Part shown: positions 38,401-48,439 of the stretch, in pieces | Layout of the letters: each line of letters begins with the position of its first letter | Numbering within the stretch: position 1 is the stretch's first letter | From: Macrostomum hystrix | Taxonomy: Eukaryota; Animalia; Platyhelminthes | Assembly (NCBI GenBank): GCA_950097015.1 | Contig: CATNEN010000041.1 | Location: 2,480,001 to 2,544,000, forward strand | Direction: 5' to 3' | Length of the DNA: 64,000 bases | Program-made: the position numbers and the translations under genes | Notes under the pieces: generated by a model | Told to the model about the DNA's origin: nothing | Database searches by the model: none | The model's input: only the letters and a program-made list of their open reading frames with translations

Positions 38401-41400
38401 GTCCGCGTGGACCTGTACTCCTGGATGTTCATCAGCGAGTTCGTGTCGCTGCTCATAATCTTCTTCGGCTACACTGCTGGCTTCGCCGGGCCTGGTCGCG
38501 TTGAGAACGAGAACATCATCACCTACATCTCCAAGGAGGAGGTGTGCCACCAGCTTTCATCTGTGACCCACCAGCTCTCACCTGTGACCCACCAGCTCTC
38601 ACCTGTGACCCACCAGCTCTCACCTGTTACCTACCAGCTCTCACCCGTTACCTACCAGCTCTCACCTGTTACCTACCAGCTCTCACCCGTTACCTACCAG
38701 CTCTCACCTGTTACCTACCAGCTCTCACCCGTTACCTACCAGCTCTCACCTGTTACCTACCAGCTCTCACCTGTTACCTACCAGCTTTCACCTGTGACCC
38801 ACCAGCTCTCATCCGTGATCCACCAGCTCTCACATGTGACCCACCAGCTCTCACATGTGACCCACCTACTATCACATGTTACCTACATGCTCTCATCTGT
38901 GACCCACCAGCTCTCCCCTGTGACCCACCTGCTCTCACCTGTGACCCTTCTGCCCTTGGACTGCTGCATTATCACTCTAGGATTTCTACTGCCGCTCTCT
39001 CACATTCCCCTGGGATTCCCATTGCTACCCCCATGGATTTCATTCGATTCCCTTGGGACGGTGCCCGCAGATTCCGCTGACGCTGACGGTGACCATGTTC
39101 GTGCAGTTCGCCATGCTGCTGGTGGACCGCGGCCTATTTCTCACCCGCTCGCGCAGGGGCAAATTCTTCTTCCACCTGCTGCACGTGATTCTGCTGCACG
39201 TCTACCTGAAGTTCATCCTGCCCCATATGACGTCGTGAGTTCGATCTATGCTGTTTATTTAAATAAAAGCCTGAAGTCACGAACCAGTCTCGGAATCATT
39301 GGGGAATCTGGGATTTCAATGAGTCATTGGGGATTTTAGTGAATAAAGGGGAAATCGGAATTATCGTCTTTCGAATCCTCACCAATCCTGACAATGCTGA
39401 ACCCCCGCCGCCATCGCCACAGTCCCGAGTACGTGGCCCGCAGCTGGGTGATCAAGATGTTCTACTCATCCAAGTGCCTGTACTTCGCCCTGTCGGCCTA
39501 CCAGATCCTGTCTGGGTATCCGTCCCGCGTGCTCGGCAATTTCATCTGCATGCGGCAGAACTACCTGAACCTGTTCTCATTCAAGATCTACCTCATCATT
39601 CCGTTCCTGTTCGAGCTGCGCTCCATCATGGACTGGATGCTGACCAACACTGCGCTCAGCATCTCCCACTGGTTGCTGGTTGAGGACATCTACAGCGTCA
39701 TCTTCGTGTCCAAGTGCTGGCGCCGCGCCGAAATCGACTACCCCACCGAGCGGGCCAAGAACCGAAGCCCCTGCTACAAGTACTGCCCCGGCTTCTGGCT
39801 CATCGCCCTCATAGTGGCCTGCATCTGGGCGCCCGTGCTCTGGTTCTCCGTCATGAGCAATGTCTTCCTTGAGATCAATCACGTGACCTCCTGCACCTCG
39901 GAGCTGTCCATCGGCTCCTTCACTCCGCTGTACACCCTGCGAACCACCAGCGTCAAGGGCTTCACGCCGGAGAACCGCACTTCCATGCACGACTGCTTCG
40001 CAGAGAAGGGAGAGGTCTGGCGCACTCGAATGCCCGCACTACTACTCTTTAGTTTAGTAGCTTGAACGAGCATGCTGGTATTTTTCTAAGATTCCGGCTC
40101 ATTGGTGCTTGGAGATGCAGAGAGAAGTCACAACTGACCCTGCCCATTGTCCGCAACTCCCCCCAGTCCGTGCAGCACGCTGAGTACTAAGAAAGTTTGA
40201 GCTGGCGCGCCTTTCACCAGGTAAAACCAGCCTTAGCGAATGCCTGATCAGCTGTGGCTTTGCCCTTAGCAGCCTTAGCCAATGCCTGATCAGCTGTGGC
40301 TTTGCCCTTAGCAGCCTTAGCCAATGCCTGATCAGCTGTGGCTTTGCCCTTAGCAGCCTTAGCCAATGCCTGATCAGCTGTGGCTTTGCCCTTAGCCAAT
40401 GCCTGATCAGCTGTGGCTTTGCCCTTAGCCAATGCCTGATCAGCTGTGGCTTTGCCCTTAGCAGCCTTAGCCAATGCCTGATCAGCTGTGGCTTTGCCCT
40501 TAGCCAATGCCTGATCAGCTGTGGCTTTGCCCTTAGCAGCCTTAGCCAATGCCTGATCAGCTGTGGCTTTGCCCTTAGCCTTAGCCAATGCCTGATCAGC
40601 TGTGGCTTTGCCCTTAGCCAATGCCTGATCAGCTGTGGCTTTGCCCATAGCAGCCTTAGCCAATGCCTGATCAGCTGTGGCTTTGCCCATAGCAGCCTTA
40701 GCCAATGCCTGATCAGCTGTTGCTTTGCCCTTAGCCATTGCCTGGCAATCAATCGGATGGCACTGCTCAGCCTCTGCGTGCTCGAAACTACACGAGACCT
40801 TATGATTAAAATATGAATAATAACTAATGCTCGAAGTATTCACACCAGCATTACACAAGATTAGCACCCAGATTGCTTTGACTCATTGCGATATCTGCGT
40901 TTTAGTAGATCATCACCAAATCAATGAATCCGTTTTGTGTACTTAGCTTTGTATTATTTAATTCACATTCTTATATTCAATGTGCCGCTTATTCCCTAAC
41001 CTGAATCTAGCGAATAAGTTATAGATTGCCGCTCAAAAATAGTTGAGATTCGGCGGATTCCTATTGAGATTGAGCGGTTTCCTATAGAGATTCGGCGGAT
41101 TCCAATTAAGATTGAGCTGTTTCCTATTGAGATTTAGCAGGTTCCTTTATAGGTTCAGCAGATTCCTATAGAGATTCGGCGGATTCCTATTGAGATTGAG
41201 CGGTTTCCTATAGAGATTCGGTGGATTCCAATTAAGATTGAGCTGTTTCTTATTGAGATTTAGCAGATTCCTTTATAGGTTCAGCAGATTCTTTTTGAGA
41301 TTAAGCGGATTCTAATACAGATTTCTTTTTAAAGATTTAGCAGATTCCTTTAGAGATTAAGCAGATTCCTTTATAGGTTCAGCAGATTCCTGTTGAGATT

Positions 41401-43658
41401 AAGCGGATTTCAATACAGATTCCTTTTTAGAGATTAAGCAGATTCCTTTAGAGATTAAGCAGATTCCAATACGGCTCGTAAATATTTAGCAGATTCCTTT
41501 ATAGATTTAGCAGATTCCTTTGTAGATTTAGCAGATTCCTTTAGAGATTTAGCAGATTCCTTTGTAGATTTAGCAGATTCCTTTAGATATAGCAGATTCC
41601 TTTGTAGATTTAGCAGATTCCTTTGTAGATTTAGCAGATTCCTTTATTGATTGAATTTGCTGATTGAATTGATTGGATCAATTGATTGAATTGATTGAAT
41701 CTCACTGCTCTTGAACGGTTTCCTGTAAATTCTGTGTAGACTCTCTGCAGGGATTGGAAGGGATCTGCAGGGATCTGCAGGGATCTCTGCACTACACCGG
41801 CAACTAACCATATGGGCATTCTAATTAATTAACACAAAGAGCATACTATAACTGATTATTATAGGCGTACAGAATTGTAGGAGGCCACTTGAATTTCTCC
41901 CTGACTGTCTGATCCGCGCGGATCCCCGCCCCGCAGGAGACGAGGAAGCGGATCGGCCACCTGCTGCAGTCCACCACGGCCTACATCGTGGAGTTCGACG
42001 GCATGTCCAGCGTGCTGTGGACCATCACGCCGCCCTCCCGCCGCGCCCTCAGCAAGGAGCTGCGCAACAACCGCAGTACGGTGCGCCTGTTCTTCAAGCT
42101 CGAGTGCCTCCGCTCCAAGGACGGAGGAGTGTCCAGGAAGAAGGTATTCGACAGGGAGCTGGGCTTCGGCACCCCGGTGCGGGAGAGCCTCATCCGCGTG
42201 CTCAACAACTCGGCCGCCAACGCGTCCGTCACCTTCAACCAGATCGGCGATCGCTTCCTGCTGCTCAGCAGCGACCCGGCCGGCGGCATGGAACCGCTGA
42301 GTAACAGCCTGCCCAATGAGAAGCTCAACATCAGCAAGATTGACATTCAGGTGAGTGACAGGTGCTCAGGGGTCAGGAGCCCCCACCCTGCGAAACAGTG
42401 ACAGCCCCATTCACTAGCGGAGTCTCTCGGGCACTTCCAGGCGGACCTGCGCTCCGATGAGATGGGCGTCTCCTGGTGGGAGCTGCAGGACATCTACACC
42501 GGCAACTTCCTGTGCCCCAGCAACCGCACCGGCAGGCCGCTCACTGACAATGACATGCACAACATCCTGCGGCTCGTGTTCTTCTCGGAGCGGGCCAAGT
42601 CTGAGAACAGGCTCATTCAGGTGCGAACACTGTCGACTAATTCTTTACCCCAGATTGAGCTCCTCTTCTCCCAGATCCCCAGCTGTCATTCTCCCAGATC
42701 CCCAGCTGTCATTCTCCCAGATCCCCAGCTGTCATTCTCCCAGATCCTCAGCTGTCATCCTCCCAGATCCTTAGCTTTCATCCTCCCAGATCCTTAGATG
42801 TCATTACAGATCCTCCCAGACCCTCAGCTGTCATTCTCCCAGACCCTCAGCTGTCATTCTCCCAGATCCCCAGCTGTCATTCTCCCAGATCCCCAGCTGT
42901 CAGTCTCCCAGATCCCCAGCTGTCATTCTCCCAGATCCCCAGCTGTCATTCTCCCAGATCCCCAGCTGTCATTCTCCCAGATCCCCAGCTGTCATTCTCC
43001 CAGATCCCCAGCTGTCAGTCTCCCAGATCCCCAGCTGTCATTCTCCCAGATCCCCAGCTGTCATTCTCCCAGATCCCCAGCTGTTATTCTCCCAGATCCC
43101 CAGCTGTCATTCTCCCAGATCCCCAGCTGTCATTCTCCCAGATCCCCAGCTGTCATTCTCCCAGATCCCCAGCTGTCATTGCAGATCCTCCCATATCCCC
43201 ATGAGTTAATAATTCTTCCCTCCGCCGCTGTGCAGGCCATCCAGCGAGTTGGCATGTACGGTATCCTGTCGGTGTTCGTGATCTCCATCGCCCGTGTGCT
43301 CCGTGCGGGCATCATTCCCCGGCACTACCTGGTGATGTACGTGGACATGCCGCACGTGGACCGCATCCTGTCGCTGCTGCACGACATCTACCTGGTGCGC
43401 GAGTCCGAGGAGCTGGAGCTGGAGGAGGAGCTGTTCGCCAAACTGCTCTACCTGTTCCGCTCGCCCTCTATGCTCATCCGCTATACTCAGACACCTGAGT
43501 CCATTCTGCGCCGCTTCTATGAGGAGCCGCAGCAGCCGGCCGACACGCAGGGCGAGCTGGCCGCCGCCTCCGGAGGCGCCGAGGAGGCGGCAGGCGGCGG
43601 AAGCGGCGGCCACTGCCGGAAGCCGTCAGACACAGCCAGCAAGCATAAGCATGAGTGA
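15917..43658 (+). CDS. PIEZO: PIEZO mechanosensitive ion channel, 27 exons, ~2857 aa
   Basis: Phase-consistent exons: 15917-15980, 16071-16154, 16426-16545, 16849-17347, 18880-19048, 20613-20672, 21343-21417, 22938-22976, 23788-24486, 24826-25149, 25684-25832, 26643-27040, 29012-29178, 29287-29460, 30324-31017, 31488-31641, 31716-32101, 32813-33078, 33726-34325, 34427-35537, 37327-37646, 38293-38541, 39071-39234, 39423-40014, 41937-42350, 42441-42620, 43236-43658 (sum 8574 nt). Piezo motifs: ASLIRYNVFSFVYLLFLL, ADYFLL..ACQHRVFKAE, GIVMDMVCFIFMIVQKRVF, PFPTKRFW, PFLFELRSIMDW, VEDIY, LWTITPPSR, DIYLVRESEELELEEELFAKLLYLFRSP. The three small exons at 20.6-23 kb are less certain. Confidence 0.93.
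16180..16400. repeat. Degenerate intronic minisatellite (~35 bp)
   Basis: Repeats of gagtacacagtgagaccattggagtatctgggaat in PIEZO intron 2. Confidence 0.7.
17397..18475. repeat. Intronic 24-bp minisatellite with a 384-bp higher-order repeat
   Basis: Unit gaccataagaatgagcaggataat; the variant gataatgataatatgaataagcag recurs at about 17707 and 18091. Confidence 0.95.
19431..19680. repeat. Intronic 32-bp minisatellite
   Basis: gttgccatgcagatattaactgatccccaaca, about 8 copies. Confidence 0.9.
19961..20470. repeat. Intronic 34-bp minisatellite containing TGAGTCA
   Basis: gacacggatgtcagtgagtcagagacacatgtca, about 15 copies. Confidence 0.9.
20924..21306. repeat. Intronic 31-bp minisatellite
   Basis: cactctcattgacacattgactctcaccagt, about 12 copies. 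Confidence 0.9.
21690..22320. repeat. Intronic 29/30-bp minisatellite
   Basis: ccaacccaaaactccccactttt(t)tatatt, about 20 copies. Confidence 0.9.
23290..23455. repeat. (TCTG)n microsatellite
   Basis: About 40 TCTG/GTCT units. Confidence 0.95.
24540..24820. repeat. Intronic 23-bp minisatellite
   Basis: ctaccatggctctaccccactgt; the array ends at the acceptor (24825). Confidence 0.9.
25205..25580. repeat. Intronic 24-bp minisatellite
   Basis: aaacctgaagt(a/c)ggaggggtagcc. Confidence 0.9.
25880..26590. repeat. Intronic 29-bp minisatellite containing CTGATTGG (inverted CCAAT)
   Basis: ctgattggttgtttgccccagaggcctgt, about 24 copies. Confidence 0.9.
27066..27780. repeat. Intronic 33-bp minisatellite
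   Basis: ctgtacaagtctcaggtctgagaagtatctaaa, about 21 copies. Confidence 0.95.
28363..28800. repeat. Intronic 20-bp minisatellite
   Basis: gaatccgcttagagatcttg, about 22 copies. Confidence 0.95.
29494..30260. repeat. Intronic 43-bp minisatellite
   Basis: ctaccctgcagctggaaacaccctcagtcccatctgacacctc. Confidence 0.9.
32130..32695. repeat. Intronic 21/23-bp minisatellite
   Basis: tgggatctgctgtggg(gt)tt(c/t)at. Confidence 0.9.
33105..33660. repeat. Intronic 15/16-bp minisatellite
   Basis: ccgtgtctcatctctc and variants. Confidence 0.9.
35600..37255. repeat. Intronic 25-bp minisatellite in two subfamilies, nearly all units containing TGAGTCA
   Basis: tttgaccgattgagtcagttggaga, then tttgatgggatgagtcagttggg(g/a)a; about 65 units. 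Confidence 0.95.
37785..38215. repeat. Intronic 17-bp minisatellite
   Basis: (t/g)cagactgtcaggtggt. Confidence 0.95.
38548..38945. repeat. Intronic 21-bp minisatellite
   Basis: ccagctctcacctgt(g/t)acc(c/t)a, starting just after the donor at 38542. Confidence 0.9.
40228..40740. repeat. Intronic 33/42-bp minisatellite
   Basis: gcctgatcagctgtggctttgcccttag(cagccttag)ccaat. Confidence 0.9.
41045..41645. repeat. Degenerate intronic ~21-bp repeat
   Basis: agattcctttatagatttagc variants. Confidence 0.7.
42660..43190. repeat. Intronic 23-bp minisatellite
   Basis: ccagatccccagctgtcattctc. Confidence 0.9.
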
Positions 43659-44649
43659 GGCTTCAACAACCCAGCATAGACAAGCCAGTGATTCATAATC
43701 CCCAGCAGGACTTCGGCCTCTCTAAGTCCTAGTTTCAGTTAGCTGCTAATTCGCTTGTTTTGTTGCATGTTTTTAGCTCGCTTAGGCCTATTTTTTTGAC
43801 AGAATTAAACATTTTCTCTCGCTTGCATGATCCTCTACTCGCTGAGTAGTAGCCTGCGCTTATTCGAAATCATTTTTCTTATTTATTTGTTTCTCTTTTT
43901 ATCGCGTCTATTCCCAGCCTTTGCTGCCGTTGTCTTTCACTCACCTGTCCACTCACCTGTTCCCCTGACTTGCAATCCCAGTATGCTAGTCTTCTATCAG
44001 TCTAATTACTGCCCTTAGCTGGCTAAAATGCACTCAGTGTATTGGTCACAGGCAGTGCAACATCGTGTATGTATTTCAAGTTTTGTTGTTGTACACTATG
44101 CTCTAGTTTCTATGGAAACGATATTAAAAGTGCATTCGCATCTGCATGAACTGTTGTTGTTTTTGTTTATTTATTTATTTTTTGTTTGGTTGTTTGTTTG
44201 TGTATGTCCTGCGAATTGACTGTTTATCGAATCTCCAGGATCTGGAGTCTGCTTTTATTTCAACGCAATCCCTGCTGTACTTTTATCCCATTGTTATCAG
44301 CAGCCCCAGGCCAGTCATCCTCAGATCTGCTTATCATATTTTTATCTAATCATTTCAACATAGATTAATTCCGCAATACGCATTCGTGCAATGAATAGAA
44401 TTCGGTGGCACTTACTCGCAGTAGTGTGATTGGCGCTGTGTCGCCATTTTTTCTTTTATTTCAATAGGCAATCAAAATGAAACATTTATTTTCCGCCGCC
44501 ACTGTACCACTGCAGCTGTGGTGTTCCGATACGTATTAGCTGAGCTTAATTAACCTGCGGCATGCTGGCCCACAAATATATACTGTACACAGGAGATATG
44601 CTTCAACTGGTCTCTGACTTGCTCATTTGCTATTTAGTTAGGCTGACTA

Positions 44650-44925
44650 ATGAGTGAGTCTGTGACTGATGAGTGAGTCACTGCCTGGGTGAGAGTGACT
44701 GATGAGTGAGTCACTGCTTGGGTGAGAGTGACTGATGAGTGAGTCACTGCCTGGGTGAGAGTGACTGATGAGTGAGTCACTGCCTGGGTGAGAGTGACTG
44801 ATGAGTGAGTCACTGCCTGGGTGAGAGTGACTGATGAGTGAGTCACTGCCTGGGTGAGAGTGACTGATGAGTGAGTCACTGCCTGGGTGAGAGTGACTGA
44901 TGAGTGAGTCACTGCCTGGGTGAGG
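44650..44925. repeat. 33-bp minisatellite containing TGAGTCA
   Basis: gagtgactgatgagtgagtcactgcctgggtga, about 8 copies. Confidence 0.9.
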
Positions 44926-44951
44926 CTGATGACGTGTCGCTCGCCTTCCAG

Positions 44952-47080
44952 AAAAATCCAACTGAGGCGGCTACGGAAGCGGGTGGCCACCCTCAGCCGT
45001 CGCAGCTGCCGTCGCCTCCGGTCGCCGGCTGGGCCGCGGTGGCGCGGCCACCGACCTCAGGCCTGGCGTCGGTGATGTCAGAGCAGCTGGCCGACCACGC
45101 CAGAGAGCAGCAGCTGCGCCAGGACCTCCGCCTGGCCGCCAAACTGCAGGCCCTGGCTTCGACGGAGTCCGAAGGCGATGTTAAGGTAAAAGGAGCAGGT
45201 GAGGTCGCGAGTTCGAATTCGGAAACTCATGCTGCAGACGAGTCGGACAGCGACTTTGTGCTGGCGCTGATGCTGCAGCAGGAGTTCGACAGGGAGTTCG
45301 ACATGCAGCTGCGGCTTAAAGAGGCCAAGTTCAATGGAAATCAGAAGGTGAGGCTGCTGAAGTTAGTCGCAATGTCAGTAGGCTAGTCACAATGTCAGTG
45401 GGCTAGTCACAATGTCAGTGGGCTAGTCACTATGTCAGTGGGCTAGTCACTATGTCAGTAGGCTAGTCACTATGTCAGTGGGCTAGTCACTATGTCAGTA
45501 GGCTAGTCACTATGTCAGTAGGCTAGTCACAATGTCAGTGAGCTAGTCACAATGTCAGTGGGCTAGTCACAATGTCAGTGAAAGCCACCCACCACCCCTA
45601 CCGCCGCAGGTGCGAGTGACCCTGTCCAACCACCTGCGTCGTGACACCACGGGCGCTCCAATCTCTGACTCAGAGGACGAAGCCGCCGCCGCAGCCGTTG
45701 AGCCGCCGCTCCTGCCTCCGGGTCCGTCGCGAACATTCAACGCCCGTGGCGTCTCTGGACGCGGCGCCGACCTGCTGACGAAACACGACGCCGAGATCTG
45801 CGGCCGCCGCAACGCGGACCGAATGGCGGGCTTCGGGCACACCGGCTTCCACACTGGCGACACGCACGGCCTGCAGCTCAGCAACCCCGTCTACAACAGC
45901 CTGAAGGTGCACGCGGCCCAGGAGGAGCGGCGGACGGCTAGGAAGCACCGGGACAGTCAGCAGCTGGCACAACAGGGCCAACAGCAGCAGCAGCAGCAGC
46001 TGGATGAGCGGACACGGCGGCTGCTGCAGCGGCTGGTCACCATTCGGCGTTTGGCCTCCTTCTCTGACGCGCCCCTGGCTGTGGGCGAGCAAAGCTTGGT
46101 CAGTAGCTGGGAGACTGCATTCACATTGACTACTCATAGTAGAGTGCATTAGAAGACTGGGGACATTGCCTTTCGCCATATCCGCAGCTAGTTCACGCGC
46201 AGTGCGACACCAATTCTCGCGGCCCGCACGGCCGGCCGATGCCGCCGGAGGTGGTGGTCAAAGTCTTCCGGCGCTTGACCAGGCCGCGGAGAACCAACTC
46301 GACTTCGGCCGCTGCCAGTGCCAGCGACTTGGAGCCGCCGGAGGCGCCCAGCTGCCCACGAGGCTCCGCCCGTGCCCGCTGCCAGCGCGAGCTGCGCGGC
46401 TACCGCCGACTACGACGAGCCGGCGTCGCCTGCCCAGCCCCACTGATGCTGCGGCGACACCTCCTGCTGACGGAGCTCGTCGGCGCCGAAGGCATCGCCG
46501 CGCCGAGTTTGGCCGACTGCCTGGAGGACGGCCGGCTGAGCGAGACGGACTGGCAGCGGGCCTGGGAGCTCACGGTGACGGCCATGCGAGACTCGCTGCG
46601 GCTGGCCAGGTGAGTGCCATTACTGCCCTTCAATCCCTGCTCTGCAGTCCGCAATGAGCTCACATTCGGAGCATAAAGCTGTGAGCATTCAGTGCGATCG
46701 CGAATCGAACCCCTTCGCAATTTCTAAGGCTGGTTCATGGCAACCTGGACGGCCGCCACCTTCTGTGGTGGCGAGGCGCCGTGTGGCTCACCGGCCTGTC
46801 TCGCTGGTCCGACCGCGCCGACCCGCGCGCCCCCGGCCTCCTGCTGCGCGACTGCCACTCCGTCTGCGGCCTGTTCGAGGCGGCCCGACCCGGCCTGCCC
46901 GGCCTGCTGGACCCGCAGGACCTGGCGGACCTGCTGACCGCCGCAGCCCCGGCCCGGGACGCTGAGCGACTGCGGCGCGAGGCTGCCGAGGACGAGGAGG
47001 ACGATGATGAAGAGGACGAAGACGGCGAGGACGACGAAGATGACGATGATGTTGACGATGACGACTGGGCGGGTGAATAA
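44952..47080 (+). CDS. RIOK3: RIOK3-like atypical kinase with degenerate catalytic motifs (predicted pseudokinase); start exon not located
   Basis: Exons 44952-45347, 45610-46098, 46188-46609 and 46729-47080 are phase-consistent. RIOK3-type motifs: LASVMSEQLA, SDFVLALMLQQEFDREFD...EAKFNGNQKV, TKHDAEICGRRN, LSNPVYNSLKVHA..EERR..RKH, LRRAGVACP..LMLRRHLL, LLLRDCHSV. Confidence 0.8.
45365..45580. repeat. Intronic 20-bp minisatellite
   Basis: gtcac(a/t)atgtcagt(g/a)ggcta. Confidence 0.9.
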
Positions 47081-47124
47081 ACTCGATTCTTGAGAACGGG
47101 ACAGACTGGATATTCGGAGCTGGG

Positions 47125-47620
47125 GATTCAGGATGTAGAACAGGGAGTTCAGGATGTAGAACAGGGACATCAGGATGTAGAACAGGGAGTTCAGGATGTA
47201 GAACAGGGACATCAGGATGTAGAACAGGGAGTTCAGGATGTAGAACAGGGACATCAGGATGTAGAACAGGGAGTTCAGGATGTAGAACAGGGACATCGGG
47301 ATGTAGAACAGGGAGTTCAGGATGTAGAACAGGGACATCAGGATGTAGAACAGGGAGTTCAGGATGTAGAACAGGGACATCAGGATGTAGAACAGGGACA
47401 TCAGGATGTAGAACAGGGACATCGGGATGTAGAACAGGGAGTTCAGGATGTAGAACAGGGACATCAGGATGTAGAACAGGGACATCAGGATGTAGAACAG
47501 GGAGTTCAGGATGTAGAACAGGGACATCAGGATGTAGAACAGGGAGTTCAGGATGTAGAACAGGGACATCGGGATGTAGAACAGGGAGTTCAGGATGTAG
47601 AACAGGGAGTTCAGGATGTC
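47125..47620. repeat. 21-bp minisatellite downstream of the RIOK3-like stop
   Basis: caggatgtagaacaggg(acat/agtt). Confidence 0.95.
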
Positions 47621-48439
47621 GCATGCCATATGCTCTCTGACTCTCGTGTCTCCAGCCCTGTTCTCACCCTGCTGGGCGTGTCTGAGTTTCTGATAACTCG
47701 ATAGCTTGAGCCCATGTAAATCTTTTGCTTGACTTAAGACTCGAGTTTTCTTTTTAAGTCTATTTTTTTCTTTACTTTCTAAAAGCTTCTCTGCTTGACT
47801 TTGCTTGCAATCTGTTTTTAGGAAGTTTTTTGAGACTGTTAAATACATGCAAATGCAACAATAATGTGTTTGGCACACTGCTCAAGCAGTGCTCAATAAA
47901 GCTATCAATAAGGCTCGATGCGCGTGGAGTCGTCGCAAAGTTGAAGCTGGAGTTAGTTTGTTGTGTTTGGTGATACCTAAGAAGTGCCAAGGGCCCGAGC
48001 TGGCCCAGGGCCGTGTTGTCGTTTAGTTTCTTTATAACGCAGTGAATTTTTCATACATAACAGTGACATCAAGGAATGTCGGTTTTATACTAGCCGCTAA
48101 ACGGATAGCGTGGCCCATGCAACCACTTTTGGATCACAGCGTCCAATACGACACGAGTTCTGTGCAATGCACAAAAGCTTGCACTAGCATTTCAATACAT
48201 AATGCAACCCGCATTGATAATATTGAGTATAGCTTCTCAATGCAGGTAAGTACGCTCAACTCGGCTCATAAACTGGCTTTGAGTACACACACTGCATGCC
48301 TACTAGCATTGCCTAATTGCACAAGTACGAGATTTTTGGTACCTAGTTTGTCGCCTCGACCCTCCCCACCATTTTCTAAACTTTTAGCTGCTAATCGGGC
48401 TCTCCGCTGCTGGAGCAACTCCGCTTCTCCTCACACCCG

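Noticed and set aside
21565-47878. Other repeat-derived ORFs (YIPTQNSPLF, LVQFRYFSDL, GSAVGFHWDL, CQVVQTV, AKGKATADQAL, QDVEQG and similar)
   Set aside because: All are read-throughs of intronic or intergenic minisatellites, with no start context or splice support.
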